Source: Spirochaetaceae bacterium (GTDB lineage: Bacteria > Spirochaetota > Spirochaetia > DSM-2461). Taken from it: a stretch of 64,000 bases of DNA. The translations under genes were made by a program, and so were the position numbers. Positions 16,794-26,528 of this stretch are shown here, in pieces (position 1 is the stretch's first letter; every line of letters starts with the position of its first letter). The stretch covers positions 64,001 to 128,000 of the forward strand of contig OZ245056.1 of NCBI GenBank assembly GCA_965224705.1. The letters are read 5' to 3'. Under the pieces are notes generated by a model. It made no database searches and was not told the DNA's origin. It saw only the letters and a list, made by a program, of their open reading frames with translations.

Positions 16794-19763
16794 ATGAAAA
16801 GGAATCGTGCAGTATCACGAGCAATTTTTACTTTTTATGTTCTCCTCTTGATTATAGCATTCATCACGGCTTGTAAGGCTACTACTTCGGGGGATTCGGT
16901 CGATTCGGTAACTATCAAAGAGGGAACGACTTCGACGGGTGCGGACCCCGGCGAGTCCATGACAAAAGCCTACGGAGAGAGTCTTGACTTCAACGCGGTT
17001 GTGGCCGTCACCGGCAGTCCCGATGAAGGGATAAGCTGGACAAGTTCTGACAGCGCTGTCGCGGCCGTAAGCCCCAGCGGGATTGACAGCAAGTATGTGA
17101 CCGTTACTGTGGTGAATTCAAGCGGGAATGCGGCGATAACGGCAGCGAGCCAGGCGGATAGTTCTAAAACCGATTCCTTCACCATAACAGCCGAAAGGAA
17201 ATCAATTTCATCCGCAGCCATGACCTATACGGCTCTGACGGTTGACGAGGGCGATACCACAGGAAATACGGCCCTTGCCGCGCTAGGCAATTTCCTTGTT
17301 GGAAACGATAATCTGGCGGATGCCGTGACCTTCAGCATCGAAAAGAAGTCCGGCACAGGACCGGAACCGGGAACAGATGTCAGCATCGATCCGGCGACGG
17401 GGACGATAACGATAAACCCGGCGCAGACCGCCTTCACCGCGACTGCATACACCGTCACCATGACGGGAAAAGGCCACTACAAAGGCAGCAAAGAGGCCGA
17501 TATTACCCTGACGGTCAACGCAGGCACATCGGGGGATTCGGTCGATTCGGTAAGTATCAAAGAGGGAGTAGCTTCGACAGGTGCGGACCCAGGCGAGTCC
17601 ATGACAAAAGCCTACGGAGAGAGTCTTGACTTCAATGCGGTTGTGGACGTCACCGGCAGTCCCGATGAAGGGATAGTCTGGACCACGTCTGACAGCGCGG
17701 TCGCGACCGTAAGCTCCAGCGGGACGGACAACAAGCAAGTAAGCGTTACTATAGTGAATTCAAGCGGGACCGCGACGATAACAGCGGCAAGCCAGACGGA
17801 TAGCTCTAAAACCGATTTCCTTACCATAACAGCCGAGAAAAAATCAATCTCATCCGCAGCCATGACCTATACGGCTCTGACGATTGACGAGGGCGATGCC
17901 ACAGGAAATACGGCCGCTGCCGCGCTAGGCAATTTCCTTGTTGGAAATGATGATCTGGCGGATGCCGTGACCTTCAGCATCGAAAAGAAATCCGGCACAT
18001 CAGGCACAGGGCCGGAACCAGGAACAGATATCAGCATCGATCCGGCGACAGGGACGATAACGATAGCCCCGGCGCAGACCACCTTCTCCGCGACCACATA
18101 CACCGTCACCATGACGGGAAAAAATCACTACAAAGACAGCAAAGATGCCGATATTACCCTGACAGTCAACGTGGTCCCATCGGTCGATTCGGTCAGCATC
18201 AGAGAGGGCTTGCATGAGTCGGGCGGGGATCCCGGCGCATCCATGACAGAAGCCTACGGAGAGGTCCTCAACTTCAACGTGGTTGTAACCGTCACCGGCA
18301 GCCCCGATGAAGGGATAATCTGGACCTCGTCTGACAGCACGGTCGCGACGGTCAGCCCAGACGGGACTGGCAACAAGCAAGTGTCCGTTACTATGGTGAA
18401 TTCAAGCGGGACCGCGACGATAACAGCGACAAGTCAGGCGGATAGTTCTAAAACCGATTCCTTCACCATAACAGCCGAAAAGAAATCAATCTCATCCGTC
18501 GCCATGACCTATACGAATCTGACGATTTACGAGGGTGCCGCCACAGGAAATACGGCCGCTGCCGCAATAAATCAATTCCTGGTTGGCAGTGATGATCTGG
18601 CGGATGCCGTGACCTTCGGCATCGCCAGGAAGTCCGGCACAGGACCGGAACCGGGAACAGATATCAGCATCGATTCGGCGACAGGGACGATAACGATAGC
18701 CCCGGCGCAGACCGCCTTCACCGCGACTGCATACACCGTTACCATGACGGGAAAAAATCACTACAAAGACAGCAAAGAGGCCGATATCACCCTGACAGTC
18801 AACGCGATAAGTACGGCCGACTATGGCACTCCGGCGAGCATAAGCGCATCGACCAATACGGGCGGTCAACTGGCCCTGTCGTGGGACGAGTTTGACAGCG
18901 ATACAGACACCATCTACACGGTCTACGCGTACAACTTAACCATACGGACATCGGGGGAAACGGCACCAACCCTTGAGGAATTCTTAAGGGACAAGGACGG
19001 GGTAGCGGATGTGACCGCTGTCATGTCGGAAGTATCGGCAGTGACTCAATGGACGGACCTGACAGATCCATCGACATCGGCAAGCCAATTGAGCGACTTA
19101 CGGCTGCATTCGGGGCATAAGTATGTTTTTGCGGTAACAGGAACACGGAGCGGCAGTCTTGATACCGATACAATGGCGGCGGCCGTTATTGACATATCCG
19201 GTACTGCACCCGCTGTCTACGGGACGCCCGCTTCCGGCGGCAATAGTTTCCCCGTGGTGCTCATAGCGGGAACGGGAGGGGTGGACTGGAAGACGGCGGC
19301 GCATTATTCCAGAGCGCAGGGAGGAGAGGCCTCCCTTGTGGAGATAGGCTCGCAGGAAGAACAGTTTGCGGTAAGCGCAGCCGCAGCACGGGCTAGCACG
19401 GAGATAACAAAAACCGCAAGTGATGGCGGCGGCGCGCGCTATCTGTGGATAGGCGCGACAGATGAGGCGATAGAAGGTATATGGGTCTGGAATGGCGACG
19501 ATGATGATACGGAAACCACCCCGTTAGGCGGCGGCAGGGGGATCGCCTGGATTGGAACGGCCTATCAAAACTGGGGAGTCAGTACCATGGATAGCCGCCA
19601 GACGGAGCCGGATAATTCCGGCGACCAGGACTTTGCCGGCATAGGAATTGATGGATGGCCTGTGCAAGCCCCAGGACTCTTTGGCTCAAAGTACCAATGG
19701 AACGATATCTCAGGCCAGAACATGCTCAGCGGCTACGTCATGGAAGTGGCACAGGACTGGTAG
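16794..19763 (+). CDS. Surface lipoprotein (989 aa): three ~215-aa Ig-like tandem repeats and a C-terminal C-type lectin domain
   Basis: Lipobox ITAC; near-identical repeats; CTLD motifs LWIGATD…EGIWVW…YQNW…EPDN…WND. Confidence 0.88.
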   Translation: MKRNRAVSRAIFTFYVLLLIIAFITACKATTSGDSVDSVTIKEGTTSTGADPGESMTKAYGESLDFNAVVAVTGSPDEGISWTSSDSAVAAVSPSGIDSKYVTVTVVNSSGNAAITAASQADSSKTDSFTITAERKSISSAAMTYTALTVDEGDTTGNTALAALGNFLVGNDNLADAVTFSIEKKSGTGPEPGTDVSIDPATGTITINPAQTAFTATAYTVTMTGKGHYKGSKEADITLTVNAGTSGDSVDSVSIKEGVASTGADPGESMTKAYGESLDFNAVVDVTGSPDEGIVWTTSDSAVATVSSSGTDNKQVSVTIVNSSGTATITAASQTDSSKTDFLTITAEKKSISSAAMTYTALTIDEGDATGNTAAAALGNFLVGNDDLADAVTFSIEKKSGTSGTGPEPGTDISIDPATGTITIAPAQTTFSATTYTVTMTGKNHYKDSKDADITLTVNVVPSVDSVSIREGLHESGGDPGASMTEAYGEVLNFNVVVTVTGSPDEGIIWTSSDSTVATVSPDGTGNKQVSVTMVNSSGTATITATSQADSSKTDSFTITAEKKSISSVAMTYTNLTIYEGAATGNTAAAAINQFLVGSDDLADAVTFGIARKSGTGPEPGTDISIDSATGTITIAPAQTAFTATAYTVTMTGKNHYKDSKEADITLTVNAISTADYGTPASISASTNTGGQLALSWDEFDSDTDTIYTVYAYNLTIRTSGETAPTLEEFLRDKDGVADVTAVMSEVSAVTQWTDLTDPSTSASQLSDLRLHSGHKYVFAVTGTRSGSLDTDTMAAAVIDISGTAPAVYGTPASGGNSFPVVLIAGTGGVDWKTAAHYSRAQGGEASLVEIGSQEEQFAVSAAAARASTEITKTASDGGGARYLWIGATDEAIEGIWVWNGDDDDTETTPLGGGRGIAWIGTAYQNWGVSTMDSRQTEPDNSGDQDFAGIGIDGWPVQAPGLFGSKYQWNDISGQNMLSGYVMEVAQDW
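16885..18805 (+). repeat. Three tandem ~640-650-bp near-identical DNA repeats
   Basis: TCGGTCGATTCGGT unit starts near 16896, 17538, 18180; long identical stretches. Confidence 0.9.
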
Positions 19764-19784
19764 AATAACGCAGGGGGCAGCCCA

Positions 19785-19947
19785 GGAGCCTGTCGGACTT
19801 ACGCCTCACGGCTCGATTTTTGCCCTTTTTTCCCGCTACGGCGTTGCCAAAATGCTCACGTAGCCCAGCTACGCTCCGCTTTTGCCGCCTTGTATCGGAA
19901 AAAAAACATCAAAAATCGCCTCGAAGCCTTAAAGTCCGACAGACTCC
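19785..19947 (+). mobile_element. MITE family A copy (163 bp), TSD CA
   Basis: C-CA|GGAGCC…GACTCC|CA-G. Confidence 0.92.
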
Positions 19948-20056
19948 CAGACTGCTGGCGGTTATGCTGGCACGATTCAATTCGGCCAATGCTAAAAACT
20001 CCATCCATTGGTCTCCAGGCAATCCGCTTAGGGCAAGATTGACTGAAGAACACGAT

Positions 20057-21001
20057 TTACTTGATGTACTGATCGACGTTTGCAGAGGTGACAAGTGTAA
20101 AGGGAACCATTGTCTCTCTGGGTATGGCCTTACCTGCCAACACATCAGGGATCAGCGAAATTGCCGTACTGACCTGCGCCGCACCGTCCTGAAGGACTGT
20201 CGCTCGAAGTGTTCCGGCTTTGACCATGCTCAGAGGTCCGGCGTTGCCATCAACTCCGATGGAGACAATGTCTTCCCGGCCTATGGAATTGACATAGTTC
20301 TGAACTGCCGATGACATATCATCGTTGTCGCAGATAATGGCTTTCACATCATCACCATGCTCTGTGACCACATCGCTTGCGAATCCCACAGCTTTGTCAG
20401 CCGACCAGTCTGCGGCGAAATCTCCAATGGGCTCCCATGTCGGATCGTTTCCAAGAACATTCAGAATGCCCTGTCCACGGGCAATCTGTGCCGAATTGCC
20501 TACGACACCCATCATGTGGGCGTACTTGCCGCCCTGGGGTACCTGCTCCTTGACGAAATTCGCCATGATTTCACCAGCTTCAACATCATCGGAACCGACG
20601 AATCCAGTCGCAAGCTCTGCCGTGTTATTCGTGGTCGAATTGACTACGATTACCGGAATATCCGCCTCCACACAGCGGGAAACCACCGGGGCACTACCCT
20701 CACTTTCCGCCGGAAGAAGAATAACAAAATTTGCTCCGGATGCAATTGCATTCTCCAGGAGGTTAACCTGCGTGATGGGATCGGTCATGCCATCGTACAA
20801 CTGCCAGCTTGCAATAACTCCCTGATCTACCAATTCATCCAGAGAGTCTTTGGCGGCTCCGTTGAGAGTTGCATGAAAAGCATCAACTGTGTTTTTGGCG
20901 ATATAGGCTACATTGACACCGTCGGCTTCGGAATCACCTTTTGCACCTGCGAAGGTCACTATAAGACAAAGAAAAACGATCAATCCAACTAATTTTTTCA
21001 T
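20057..21001 (-). CDS. Sugar ABC transporter substrate-binding protein (RbsB-like)
   Basis: Periplasmic binding fold motifs FVGSDD, CDNDDM, GVDG, TVLQD; signal peptide. Confidence 0.88.
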   Translation of the reverse strand: MKKLVGLIVFLCLIVTFAGAKGDSEADGVNVAYIAKNTVDAFHATLNGAAKDSLDELVDQGVIASWQLYDGMTDPITQVNLLENAIASGANFVILLPAESEGSAPVVSRCVEADIPVIVVNSTTNNTAELATGFVGSDDVEAGEIMANFVKEQVPQGGKYAHMMGVVGNSAQIARGQGILNVLGNDPTWEPIGDFAADWSADKAVGFASDVVTEHGDDVKAIICDNDDMSSAVQNYVNSIGREDIVSIGVDGNAGPLSMVKAGTLRATVLQDGAAQVSTAISLIPDVLAGKAIPRETMVPFTLVTSANVDQYIK

Positions 21002-21153
21002 AAACTATTACTCCTTCATTTATTATTCACTCATTTCACAAAACTCCGTATGGGTCAATTTTGATTAGCTTCCTCACATAAAATCCTCCTTTAAACATAC
21101 TGCTTTATGATATTCGACCACACAGGTTGTCAGCCCTGCCCTGTCAATATCTC

Positions 21154-22143
21154 TCAGTTATTTCTATTGATGAGCTTGTCCATCATGACTGCCGCAATAA
21201 TTAACAAACCCTTCGTTATAATCTGCCAGTAGGAATTAACTCCAATCAGATTCATCCCATTGAAAATTAAACCAATAATCAAAACGCCGATGAATGTTCC
21301 TGGGATTGTGGAAATACCACCGGAAAACGATGTTCCACCGATGACACATGCCGCAATGGCATCCACTTCATACCCCACGCCGATATTGGGCTGAGCCGCA
21401 TTGATCCGGGCAGTCATGATAATCGCCGCAGTGCCTGCACAGATTCCGCTAATGACAAATGTTCCAATACGGGTGCGGAGGACTTTGACCCCAGAAGCAG
21501 TCGCCGCCCTAATATTGCCTCCCACCGCATATACGTATCGTCCATATTTGGTAAGGTGAAGGATGACGTAGGCCAGGATCGTGACAGTCAGCAGAATCAA
21601 CACAGGGAAGGGAATTGAACCGAACAATTTACCCAGACCGATCTGGGCGAATTCCGGCCTTGCCAGAGCAAAGGAGTATCCTCCGGAAAAAATATAGGCA
21701 AAACCTCGGATTATCAACATGCTCGCCAGAGTGACAACAAAAGGAAACATGTTGAATCTGGCAACGAGGAAACCGTTTACCAGACCGAATAAGGCACATA
21801 TCGCAACGGAACCCAGACAGGCGAGAACAATGCTCTCTGTAGCATTCAGTATAAGACCGATCGCCACACTGCCCAGGGCCAGCATCGAGCCTATGGAAAG
21901 GTCTATTCCTTCGGCGGTAATAACAAAAACCATACCCATCGCAAGGACACCATTGATGGAGACCGTCGTTAATACATTTGTAAGATTTGTTACGGTAAGG
22001 AATCTGGGCGATGCGATAGATAGGATGACGAACATTCCCAGCATGACCAGACCAATGCCGTATCTCTTCATGAAGAGATTCATGTCATGTTGATCAACTC
22101 CGAGGAGTCTGGATCCCATGCCTTGTAAGCCGCTCTTTTTCAT
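21154..22143 (-). CDS. Sugar ABC transporter permease (RbsC-like)
   Basis: GIDLSIGS, GRYVYAVGGN, DAIAACVIGGTS. Confidence 0.9.
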   Translation of the reverse strand: MKKSGLQGMGSRLLGVDQHDMNLFMKRYGIGLVMLGMFVILSIASPRFLTVTNLTNVLTTVSINGVLAMGMVFVITAEGIDLSIGSMLALGSVAIGLILNATESIVLACLGSVAICALFGLVNGFLVARFNMFPFVVTLASMLIIRGFAYIFSGGYSFALARPEFAQIGLGKLFGSIPFPVLILLTVTILAYVILHLTKYGRYVYAVGGNIRAATASGVKVLRTRIGTFVISGICAGTAAIIMTARINAAQPNIGVGYEVDAIAACVIGGTSFSGGISTIPGTFIGVLIIGLIFNGMNLIGVNSYWQIITKGLLIIAAVMMDKLINRNN

Positions 22144-22150
22144 ATTCCTC

Positions 22151-23683
22151 CTACATTCCGCCAAAAGCTCTGGCCATAATGGATTCCTGGTTTTCCTTAC
22201 CTGACAGGATGTCTTCCCGTTTAACCTCGCCGTTCAGCGCACCCTCATGGTAAACAAGCACGCGATCGCTCATCCCCATCACTTCCGGCAGTTCGGACGA
22301 CACCATAACAATGGCCATACCTTCAGAAGCGAATTTGCACATCAATGAGTGAATTTCTGCTTTGGCTCCGACATCCACCCCGCGTGTCGGTTCGTCCAGG
22401 ATGACCAGTCGGGGGCGTTTCATCAGCCATTTTGCAATAACGGTTTTCTGTTGATTTCCACCGCTCAGAGAGAAAGCTTCGGTTTCGATATTGGCCATTT
22501 TGATTGTCAGAACCGATGCGATCTTTTCACATTCTTTATTTTCCTGTTTGCGGTTAATTAGCAGTCCTCTGTGCTTCGACTTCAAGCTCGGCAGCGAGAT
22601 GTTCTCCCTGATGGACCGGAACAGACACAGGCCGTATTCTTTGCGATCTTCGTTGATCATCGCAATACCGGCGTTCATCACATCGGGAACACTGCGGCTA
22701 TGGAGTTCTTCTCCGTCCAGAAACAACTTGCCGGAAGTGAGGGGATCCAAACCGAATATGGCCCTCATTGTCTCACTTCGCCCCGATCCAACGAGACCTG
22801 CAATACCCAGAATCTCTCCTGCTCGAACTTCAAAACTGATATTCTGGAAACCGTCTCCAGAAAGACCTTCAGCACGAAAAACGACATCTCCTATCCGGCA
22901 GTCAGTTTTTGGGAAGACATTTTCAACTTTTCGCCCCACCATCATGGAGATGAGTTCGTCTTTGGTAACGTCTTTTACATCCCCTGATCCAACATACATT
23001 CCGTCCCGCATTACCGTGTATGAATCACAAATCTGGAAGATTTCATCGATTCGATGAGAAATGTAAACTATGGTGACTCCCTTGGACTGAAGTTCAGCAA
23101 TTGTACGGAACAGGCGATCGGTCTCTTCGCTGTCCAGAGCCGAAGTCGGTTCGTCCATCAATATGAGCCTGGCATTGCATGATATAGCTTTGATAATTTC
23201 AATCATCTGAATCTGGGCAAGAGTGAGATGTTCCATGTGGAGTTTCGGATTCAAGGAAATATCGAAGCTCCTGAGAATCTCGGCTGCCTTCTCATTTGTA
23301 AGTTTTTTATTTAGAAACGGAGACCGGCCAAAGGTATCCTCGCGATTGAGAAAGATACAGTCTGCGATTGAAAGATAGGGTTCAGGATTTAATTCCTGGT
23401 GGATCATTGAAATGCCGGCATCAATCGCTTCCACAGGGTTCATGGCGCGATAGGGCTTTCCTTCAAAGAAAATGTCGCCGGAGTCGGCGAGGACTAAACC
23501 GCTGATGATGTTCAACAAGGTTGATTTGCCTGCACCGTTCTCTCCAAGCAGAGCGTGCACCTGACCTCTCCTCACATTCAACTGGCCCTCTTCAAGAGCT
23601 CTTGTCCCGCCATAGGCTTTACAGATACCACGGCATTCCAGGATAAGATTGAGATCCGACTTTGACTCGTGGTCGCCTTTCAT
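22151..23683 (-). CDS. Sugar ABC transporter ATPase (RbsA-like)
   Basis: [29 protein letters not shown]. Confidence 0.92.
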   Translation of the reverse strand: MKGDHESKSDLNLILECRGICKAYGGTRALEEGQLNVRRGQVHALLGENGAGKSTLLNIISGLVLADSGDIFFEGKPYRAMNPVEAIDAGISMIHQELNPEPYLSIADCIFLNREDTFGRSPFLNKKLTNEKAAEILRSFDISLNPKLHMEHLTLAQIQMIEIIKAISCNARLILMDEPTSALDSEETDRLFRTIAELQSKGVTIVYISHRIDEIFQICDSYTVMRDGMYVGSGDVKDVTKDELISMMVGRKVENVFPKTDCRIGDVVFRAEGLSGDGFQNISFEVRAGEILGIAGLVGSGRSETMRAIFGLDPLTSGKLFLDGEELHSRSVPDVMNAGIAMINEDRKEYGLCLFRSIRENISLPSLKSKHRGLLINRKQENKECEKIASVLTIKMANIETEAFSLSGGNQQKTVIAKWLMKRPRLVILDEPTRGVDVGAKAEIHSLMCKFASEGMAIVMVSSELPEVMGMSDRVLVYHEGALNGEVKREDILSGKENQESIMARAFGGM

Positions 23684-23792
23684 ATCTGACAGCCTCTTCT
23701 GGTTCTATCCAGTTCAAATTCTGGTCCAGGCGGAATTACCGAAACCAATCAATGATCCATGTCTCAGCGGCTCCAGGGTGACGATCATACAA

Positions 23793-23957
23793 TCAAATTG
23801 GACATCTCATAACTTAGCACCTGGCAAAATAATTGTCAATACCAAATATCAAATTGGATAGCTCATAACTTGAAATTTGACAAATTATATGTCACTACCA
23901 AATGTCAAATTGGACATTTCTAACTTAGTACCTGGCAAATTATATGTCAATATCAAA
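23793..23957. repeat. Three tandem 56-bp repeats upstream of the sugar ABC operon (probable operator array)
   Basis: Units start TCAAATTGGA at 23793, 23849, 23905; each carries a TG(A/G)CAAA-N-TGTCA dyad. Confidence 0.85.
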
Positions 23958-24122
23958 CCTGGTTTAGTAATGGAAAAAATTGTTTTCTGACACGGATTCA
24001 AACGGTGATCCGGGATGTGAATCCAGAGATTTGAGTTTGCACAACGATGAATTTGACCGCGTCTTACCGGATGTGAGCTTTTCCCCTTCTGGAGTATGGC
24101 ATATCCTTCCACCCCGAACACG

Positions 24123-24309
24123 GCCTTAAAGTCCGACAGACTCCTGGGAGACTGTCGGACTTACGCCTCACGGCTCGATTTCTGCCCTTTTTTCCCGCTA
24201 CCGCGTTGTCAAAATGCTCACGTAGCCCAGCTACGCTCCGCTTTTGCCGCCTTGTATCGGAAAAAAATCATCAGAAATCACCTCGAAGTCTCAAAGTCCG
24301 ACAGACTCC
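24123..24309 (+). mobile_element. MITE-A terminal fragment (24123-24144) followed by a full 163-bp copy (24147-24309), TSD TG
   Basis: …GACTCC-TG|GGAGAC…GACTCC|TG-G. Confidence 0.9.
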
Positions 24310-24314
24310 TGGCG

Positions 24315-24408
24315 TAAGGCTTTTTCTCCATTGGGGGGTATTTCGCCCAAAAAATGTGGGTGCGTCCATGCATCCACGAACAGCTCTAAACGTCTTTTAG
24401 AGCTGCCC
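24315..24408 (+). repeat. Repeat family B (~95 bp) ending in a CAGCTCTAAA…TTTAGAGCTG hairpin
   Basis: Matches 26529-26620, 27834-27908, 36240-36305 and reverse 42627-42902. Confidence 0.85.
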
Positions 24409-24496
24409 TTTAGTTGATTACGAGGAGAGTATTCAGACAAAATATGCTTAATCAAATATTGTAACTTTTCATTAAAGTTCACTCTGCCTCCTCAAT

Positions 24497-24592
24497 ACTC
24501 TGCGCTCTCTGCGTCCTCTGCGGTAAAAAACTGAATATGCAAGGAAGGGAGGTATAAACCGCAGAGGGCGCGGATCTGCGCAGAGAAATATG
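24497..24592. repeat. Repeat family E: inverted pair of 9-nt-periodic CGCAGAG motifs
   Basis: 24497-24524 is the exact reverse complement of ~31470-31497; 24541-24592 matches the reverse complement of 62175-62224. Confidence 0.8.
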
Positions 24593-24635
24593 GCATAAGA
24601 AAATTGGTGAATACCTACCTTGAATACTCTGCTTA

Positions 24636-24923
24636 GGAGTCTGTCGGATTTACGTCTCACGGCTCGATTTTTGCCCTTCTCTTCAAAAGCAAGCCTCCTG
24701 CTTGCTTCTTTCGAGCCGCCTTCGTTCGCTTTCGCCGCCATCCGTGGCGGCTTTTCTTCGCTATCGCTCAGCGCTCTCTTGGGAGGCGAGTCTACGACTC
24801 GCCTCCCCTGCTGCTGCGTTGCCAAAATACTCACGTAGCTTAAGCTAGCTTAAGTTTTTGTCGCCTTGCATCAGGAAAAAATCATCAAAAATCGCCTCGA
24901 AGCCTTAAAATCCGACAGACTCT
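24636..24923 (+). mobile_element. Long MITE-A variant (288 bp) carrying ~125 bp of extra hairpins, TSD TA
   Basis: Same TIRs; insert contains AAGCAAGC…GCTTGCTT, GCCGCCA…TGGCGGC, GGGAGGCGAGTC…GACTCGCCTCCC. Confidence 0.88.
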
Positions 24924-24932
24924 TAGTGAAAT

Positions 24933-24950
24933 TTAGATGCGGTTGCCCTG
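24933..24950 (+). mobile_element. ISAs1-like terminal remnant (also at 31605-31622)
   Basis: TTAGATGCG(G/A)TTGCCCTG occurs twice; CAGGG termini are typical of the ISAs1 family. Confidence 0.5.
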
Positions 24951-24970
24951 ATTTTTCCATCTGAAAGACT

Positions 24971-25068
24971 TGGCAAAAGCTTCATTTTCAATTAAAATCT
25001 AGTCGAGGCAGTATCAGAGGTAGCGATATTCTTTCTCCAACTGATACCAGAGTTTTTGGATTAGCTCT
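24971..25068 (-). repeat. Repeat family C (~100 bp, IS-end-like)
   Basis: Reverse complement matches 45180-45282 and 48503-48590 (AGAGCTAATTCAAAAACTCT…). Confidence 0.82.
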
Positions 25069-25156
25069 GTAACGTAATCTTAAGAGTATCTCTAAGCGTG
25101 TTTGGAGGTACCCTTAATGGGAATCTTAGCCTTCGGGCGATAAACAAAAAGGAGAA

Positions 25157-26506
25157 ATGTTTATGAAAAGATTTATTGTTGTTCTATTAGTACTCATGCT
25201 GGGTACTTCGTTCTTATTTGCCCGCGGTCAGCAGGCAGAAGCATCGGTCGATGAAGAGGCCAATGTGACCATCGATTTCTGGCATGCGATGTCAGGAGCT
25301 CGAATCGACCTGATTCAGGGGATCGCTGATAGGTTCATGGAGGAGAATCCGAACATCACGGTCAATGTCCAGTATACCGGTTCTTACAATGACACCCTGA
25401 ACAAGACCATCTCAGCTCACAAGGCCGGGAATGCACCGCATGTCTTCCATATCTATGAGATCGGCACTCTTGGTATGATCAACAGCGGTATGATCTCCCC
25501 TATCGACGAGCTGGCAAATCGATATGGCAGGCCGATCGACTGGGATGAGTTCTTCGTTCCCGTACAGAGTTATTACAAATATCAGGGGAACCACTACTCG
25601 ATGCCTTTCAACTCATCTACCCCTCTGATCTACTACAACAAGACCTTCTTTGAACAGGCTGGACTCGATCCTGAGAACCCGCCAAGCACCTATGAAGGAA
25701 TCAGGGAAGCTGCACAGAAGCTCAAGGACGCCGGTGTCTGTGAGACTCCAGTAACCTGGAACCTCCATAGCTGGTACTTCGAGCAGATGGGCTGTCTCCA
25801 GGATGCTCCATTCGTCAACAATGACAATGGGCGTGGAAAAGAACTTCCTACCGAGGTCTTGTTCAACGGCGAAGCCGGGAACAAGGTCCTTGACTGGTGG
25901 ATCGGTATGTACAATGACGGACTCTTCATGGATGTCGGACCGGGCTGGTCGAACCACCGTGCAGCGTTCGGAGCTGGAGAGGTCGCAATGGTCATGTCTT
26001 CATCATCCGATGTCAATCTGTTGACCAAATCCCTCAGCGAGAAAGGCTGGGAGATGGGAACAGGATTCATCCCTCGGCCTGAGGGCGCAACCGGTGGTGT
26101 CGCTATCGGCGGCGGATCTCTCTGGATCACCAACAACCATCCTGCCGAGGAAGAACTCGCAGCCCTCAAGCTGGTACAGTTCATCTCCAACGATGAGTCA
26201 CAGATGGCCTGGCACAAGGGTACCGGCTACTTCCCGGTACGTAAGACCGCTATGGATGCTCTCAAGGCAGAAGGATGGTTCGAGGAGAACCCGAACTACC
26301 TCACCGCTTTCGATCAGCTCCTAGTCAGTCCTGAGACTCTCAACACCGCAGGAGGACTCCTTGGTGTATTCCCAGAGACCAGAGCTATCATCCAGTCAGA
26401 GATCCAGGAATGCTATGCAGGAAAACCGGTATCTGAAGCACTTGATGATGCTGCTGCACAGGTAAATGACCTGATCAAAGAATGGAATGAGTTAATCAAG
26501 CTTTAG
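25157..26506 (+). CDS. ugpB: Glycerol-3-phosphate-type ABC transporter substrate-binding protein
   Basis: FWHAM, SMPFNSSTPLIYYNK, GGGSLW, WHKGTGYFP motifs. Confidence 0.85.
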   Translation: MFMKRFIVVLLVLMLGTSFLFARGQQAEASVDEEANVTIDFWHAMSGARIDLIQGIADRFMEENPNITVNVQYTGSYNDTLNKTISAHKAGNAPHVFHIYEIGTLGMINSGMISPIDELANRYGRPIDWDEFFVPVQSYYKYQGNHYSMPFNSSTPLIYYNKTFFEQAGLDPENPPSTYEGIREAAQKLKDAGVCETPVTWNLHSWYFEQMGCLQDAPFVNNDNGRGKELPTEVLFNGEAGNKVLDWWIGMYNDGLFMDVGPGWSNHRAAFGAGEVAMVMSSSSDVNLLTKSLSEKGWEMGTGFIPRPEGATGGVAIGGGSLWITNNHPAEEELAALKLVQFISNDESQMAWHKGTGYFPVRKTAMDALKAEGWFEENPNYLTAFDQLLVSPETLNTAGGLLGVFPETRAIIQSEIQECYAGKPVSEALDDAAAQVNDLIKEWNELIKL

Positions 26507-26528
26507 AGACGAAAAAGCCGGAATGAAG

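Noticed and set aside
16794..19763. Diversity-generating retroelement target (lectin fold)
   Set aside because: No template repeat with adenine-specific differences and no reverse transcriptase in the window
19820..20314. Short ORFs built from MITE frames (also 24096-24400, 24472-24838, 42695-42949, 53544-53750)
   Set aside because: They are translations of the repeat without RBS or independent coding signal
23793..23957. Possible CRISPR array
   Set aside because: Whole units are similar, there are no unique spacers, and no cas genes are in the window
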